Shown here: positions 61,401-64,000 of the stretch, piece after piece
Layout of the letters: each line of letters starts with the position of its first letter
Numbering within the stretch: the stretch's first letter is position 1
Origin: Squalus acanthias
Lineage: Eukaryota
NCBI GenBank assembly: GCA_030390025.1
Contig: CM059450.1
Span: forward strand, 16,802,001-16,866,000
Reading direction: 5' to 3'
Length of the DNA: 64,000 nucleotides
The notes under the pieces: generated by a model
Seen by the model: only the letters and a program-made list of their open reading frames with translations
What the model was told of the DNA's origin: nothing
Database searches by the model: none
Program-made: the position numbers and the translations under genes

Positions 61401-62251
61401 CAGTTGAGTTCCCAATCTTGCTTTCCCGTCGTTGCTTTGGGAGCACCAATTCCTGCGATCTACTCCTTAATTCCAGCGGGGAAGTCGCATTGCTACATAT
61501 TGAATAGTTTTCATTTGCTTCGTTCTCCGGACGGTTTGATGAGTAGATGCACTGCTCAGTGTGGCTCTCACACACACACACACACACACACACACGCCAG
61601 GAAGGCTCCAAGCTCAATGTGCTGCCTTAACTGCTCTCAGCTTGGGCGCCAGGAGAAGGAGATGCTATTGGTCTCTGTATTCCTGGACTGGGGGGGAGCA
61701 AGTCCCAGTCCTACCCACAATCAAAGAGACTCCTGCTGTGTGAGTGGCTACCAGGTGAGGGATGGATCAGGCTCAGCTGTCATGGACAGTCACATAATCT
61801 GCTGACAGCCATTGTCTAGATTGGCACATTGAACGAGATATGAACCTACAGATCAGGTCCCCAGTAGGAACCATAGCTCAGCTATGAGCAAGAGGAGGGG
61901 AGTGAACTAAGGGAGCAGAAAATAATTCCAATTTCCCTACAGACACACACAGAGCACGATAAAGGTGGGGAAACATCGAAAAAAGGGCCAACAAGGTTAA
62001 CAGTGATGTAAGGACCCAAAGGTTTACAGAAACACTCATTCAGGTTCTGGAAGATTAGCATTAAATAAACTATTCAATATGTATTATATCGATTCACAGG
62101 ATAACACGCCGGAAGTGAGCCAGTGGCTGATCTTTAGAGGGCTCCACTCTTTCCAAGTGATTGCTTTGTACCTTTTTGATTCACTTTCACAAAAGTTAGA
62201 TTTTACACAAGGTTCCAGGGGACAGAAGGTTTTTCGTTTCTTCCGGCGGGT

Positions 62252-62378
62252 TCAGAGGTTACTTTCGTGCACTTCCTCCGCGCCGTTGGCAAGGTTACCA
62301 TTTTCGTTCAGCCGCTTTGCCCGGTATGTCTCATAGAAAATGTTGTGCGTCACCTCCTTCAGGTCCTGGAGGTGAGTC
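62252..62378 (-). CDS. SEPTIN3: SEPTIN3 last coding exon (rest of gene lies beyond the window end)
   Basis: Acceptor CCGCAG|G after a long pyrimidine tract; (R)THLQDLKEVTHNIFYETYRAKRLNENGNLANGAEEVHESNL* matches the septin-3 C-terminus. Confidence 0.92.
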
Positions 62379-62399
62379 CTGCGGAGCAAGAGCGCCACA

Positions 62400-63010
62400 T
62401 GAGACAGCGGGAGAAAAGGGACAGGGCGAGAAGTAAATAGAGAGGTACAGTGCAACAAGAGAAAAGGAGAGAGCAGGGCAAAAAAAAACCAAACACGGAC
62501 ATTTAGAGAAGGAAGTAAACAGGGAGAAGAGGACAGCAGGAGAGGGCAAGGCAGTTGAACGAGAGACAAAAAGAGAGACAAAGTGACAGACGGAAAGCAA
62601 ATAGGGAAACGGAGACAAAGATAAATTGAGCAAGCAGACAGAAAGAGAAGCAGCAAAGAGAAGGAGAGTCAGAAAAAAAATGAAAAGAGAAAGTAGAGGT
62701 AAGATAAATGGGGAAGAGAAACAGAAAAGGTGGAAGAAAATAAAGAGAAGGAAGGCAATAAAGAAGAAGGGAAGAGAGTGGGAAGAAAAGAGGAAATGAA
62801 TAAGTTGTACAAGAGAGAAAGGAATGGTACAGGATGAGTGGAGAAAGAAGAGTTTAAAATGGAGTAAGAAAGACACAGAGAGAACACGAGAAATGACAAA
62901 AATGTGAAAGAGAAAAAGATGAAGAGAGGGGTGACGGGATACATAAATAAAGCAACAGGACCAAGGACCAAGCGACAAGGAGCAGAAATAGCAGGGCATG
63001 GAGGGAGATA
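62400..63010. repeat. Purine-rich (GA) low-complexity tract, i.e. a long polypyrimidine tract in the SEPTIN3 last intron
   Basis: Almost only A/G on the + strand. Confidence 0.8.
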
Positions 63011-64000
63011 AAGAGAGAGGTTTATGATATACAGTGTAAGACACCACGTAAATGTTACACGTGTAAAAACCATCGTTACCTAACAATGAGGTCCCGGAGG
63101 AGGGGAAACTCGCAGTGAGTGACGTTCTCAACTAGAAGCAAACAGAGAAAACATCAGGTCAGAACATGCCGACATCTTCAGAAACAACTTCCTGCAGAAA
63201 CAACTCCACCAATCCCATAAAGTCAAACACATTCTCTATTGTTGGCGAGACCAAGTCTAGTTGATAACTATGAAGAGTTGAGAGTGCGCCCTGTTTATAA
63301 CAGACCACCTGGTTGACCAGCTTTTGTGTCAATAGGTCAGAGACAGTCAAGTCTCAGAAGGTTAAGTAATTGAGGAATTTTCTAAACCCATGTTAGTCGG
63401 AAGCAGGAATCCTAACAATTGCCACATTCCACAAACAAAACCTATCAAAAGGTGAGGAAATTGGGGTTGTTTTCTTGGAAGAGGGGACATTAAGGTGACT
63501 TCGTTGAAATTTGCGAAGGGAGGTGACAAAACCGATCCGGGCAAATTGTTCGGTGTGGCGAAGGCTTCGAATACCAGGAGAGACATGTTCAGGACAGCAA
63601 GTTAGGTCGAGAAATGAAGTGTAATTTTTTTTTAAACCCAAAAGTCAGTTGAGTTCTGGAACAAGTTCCCAGGTTCAAGAGACCATTTCACCACCTCCCT
63701 TTCTGCCCATCCCCGGTTAGCGAGTCACACTCTCGCCGTGTCTCGTATCCTTCTTTAATTTCTCTCCTTCCGTCAACTGCTAGTATCGCGCCTGCCATTT
63801 AATCACCTCACTTCGCAGGGCTCTCTATTTCTCTTCCTGTCTACCCGTGTGTGTTTTTTTTCTTTTTCCTTTGCCCCCCTGTCCCTTATTGTGTCCTTTT
63901 TAAATGCTACCCATGTGTAACGTCTCCTGTGTGGTGTCAGCTGTGGTTCTTTTTTTTCATTCACTTATGGGATCTGGGCGTCGCTGGCAATGCCAGCATT

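Noticed and set aside
58966-61805. Short ORFs in GC-rich unique DNA
   Set aside because: No recognisable domains or consistent splice chain; most likely the long SEPTIN3 3'UTR or downstream flank
62331-63131. 266-aa hydrophobic F/L/S-rich minus-strand ORF
   Set aside because: Artefact of the polypyrimidine tract in the SEPTIN3 last intron

Overview
Repeat-rich vertebrate genomic DNA, almost certainly from a cartilaginous fish (HE1/V-SINE, DeuSINE-type SINEs, HER1-like CR1 LINEs with (TTCTTATG)n tails, Penelope-like elements, Harbinger transposon and MITEs, L2 and RTE fragments). Most of the ORF track is transposon debris. Between the repeats is a spliced, phase-consistent 8-exon + strand gene (ATG 19633 to TAA 47080, 1482 nt, 493 aa predicted). 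It encodes a non-rearranging antigen-receptor-like protein: leader; a single-exon germline-joined V+J domain (YYCAVRMRGEMKFGTGAVLTV, TCR alpha/delta-like, B-strand Cys replaced by Ser); a short C1-like domain (CVVTGFVGNDVQFMW); an uncharged transmembrane helix; and a ~250-aa cytoplasmic tail with an (RLPREQ)n repeat exon and Tyr motifs (YKLP, SSYDPV). It lies tail-to-tail with SEPTIN3, whose last coding exon is at 62378-62252 (-). A genomic exon+intron piece of SEPTIN3 has been copied into a LINE inside the receptor's V-C intron. Also present: a Harbinger element with an open transposase ORF but a damaged Myb partner gene, and nine minimal hammerhead ribozyme motifs in Penelope-like pseudo-LTRs, six of them paired in three inverted-repeat elements. 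All calls come from reading the sequence by eye; no database searches were run.
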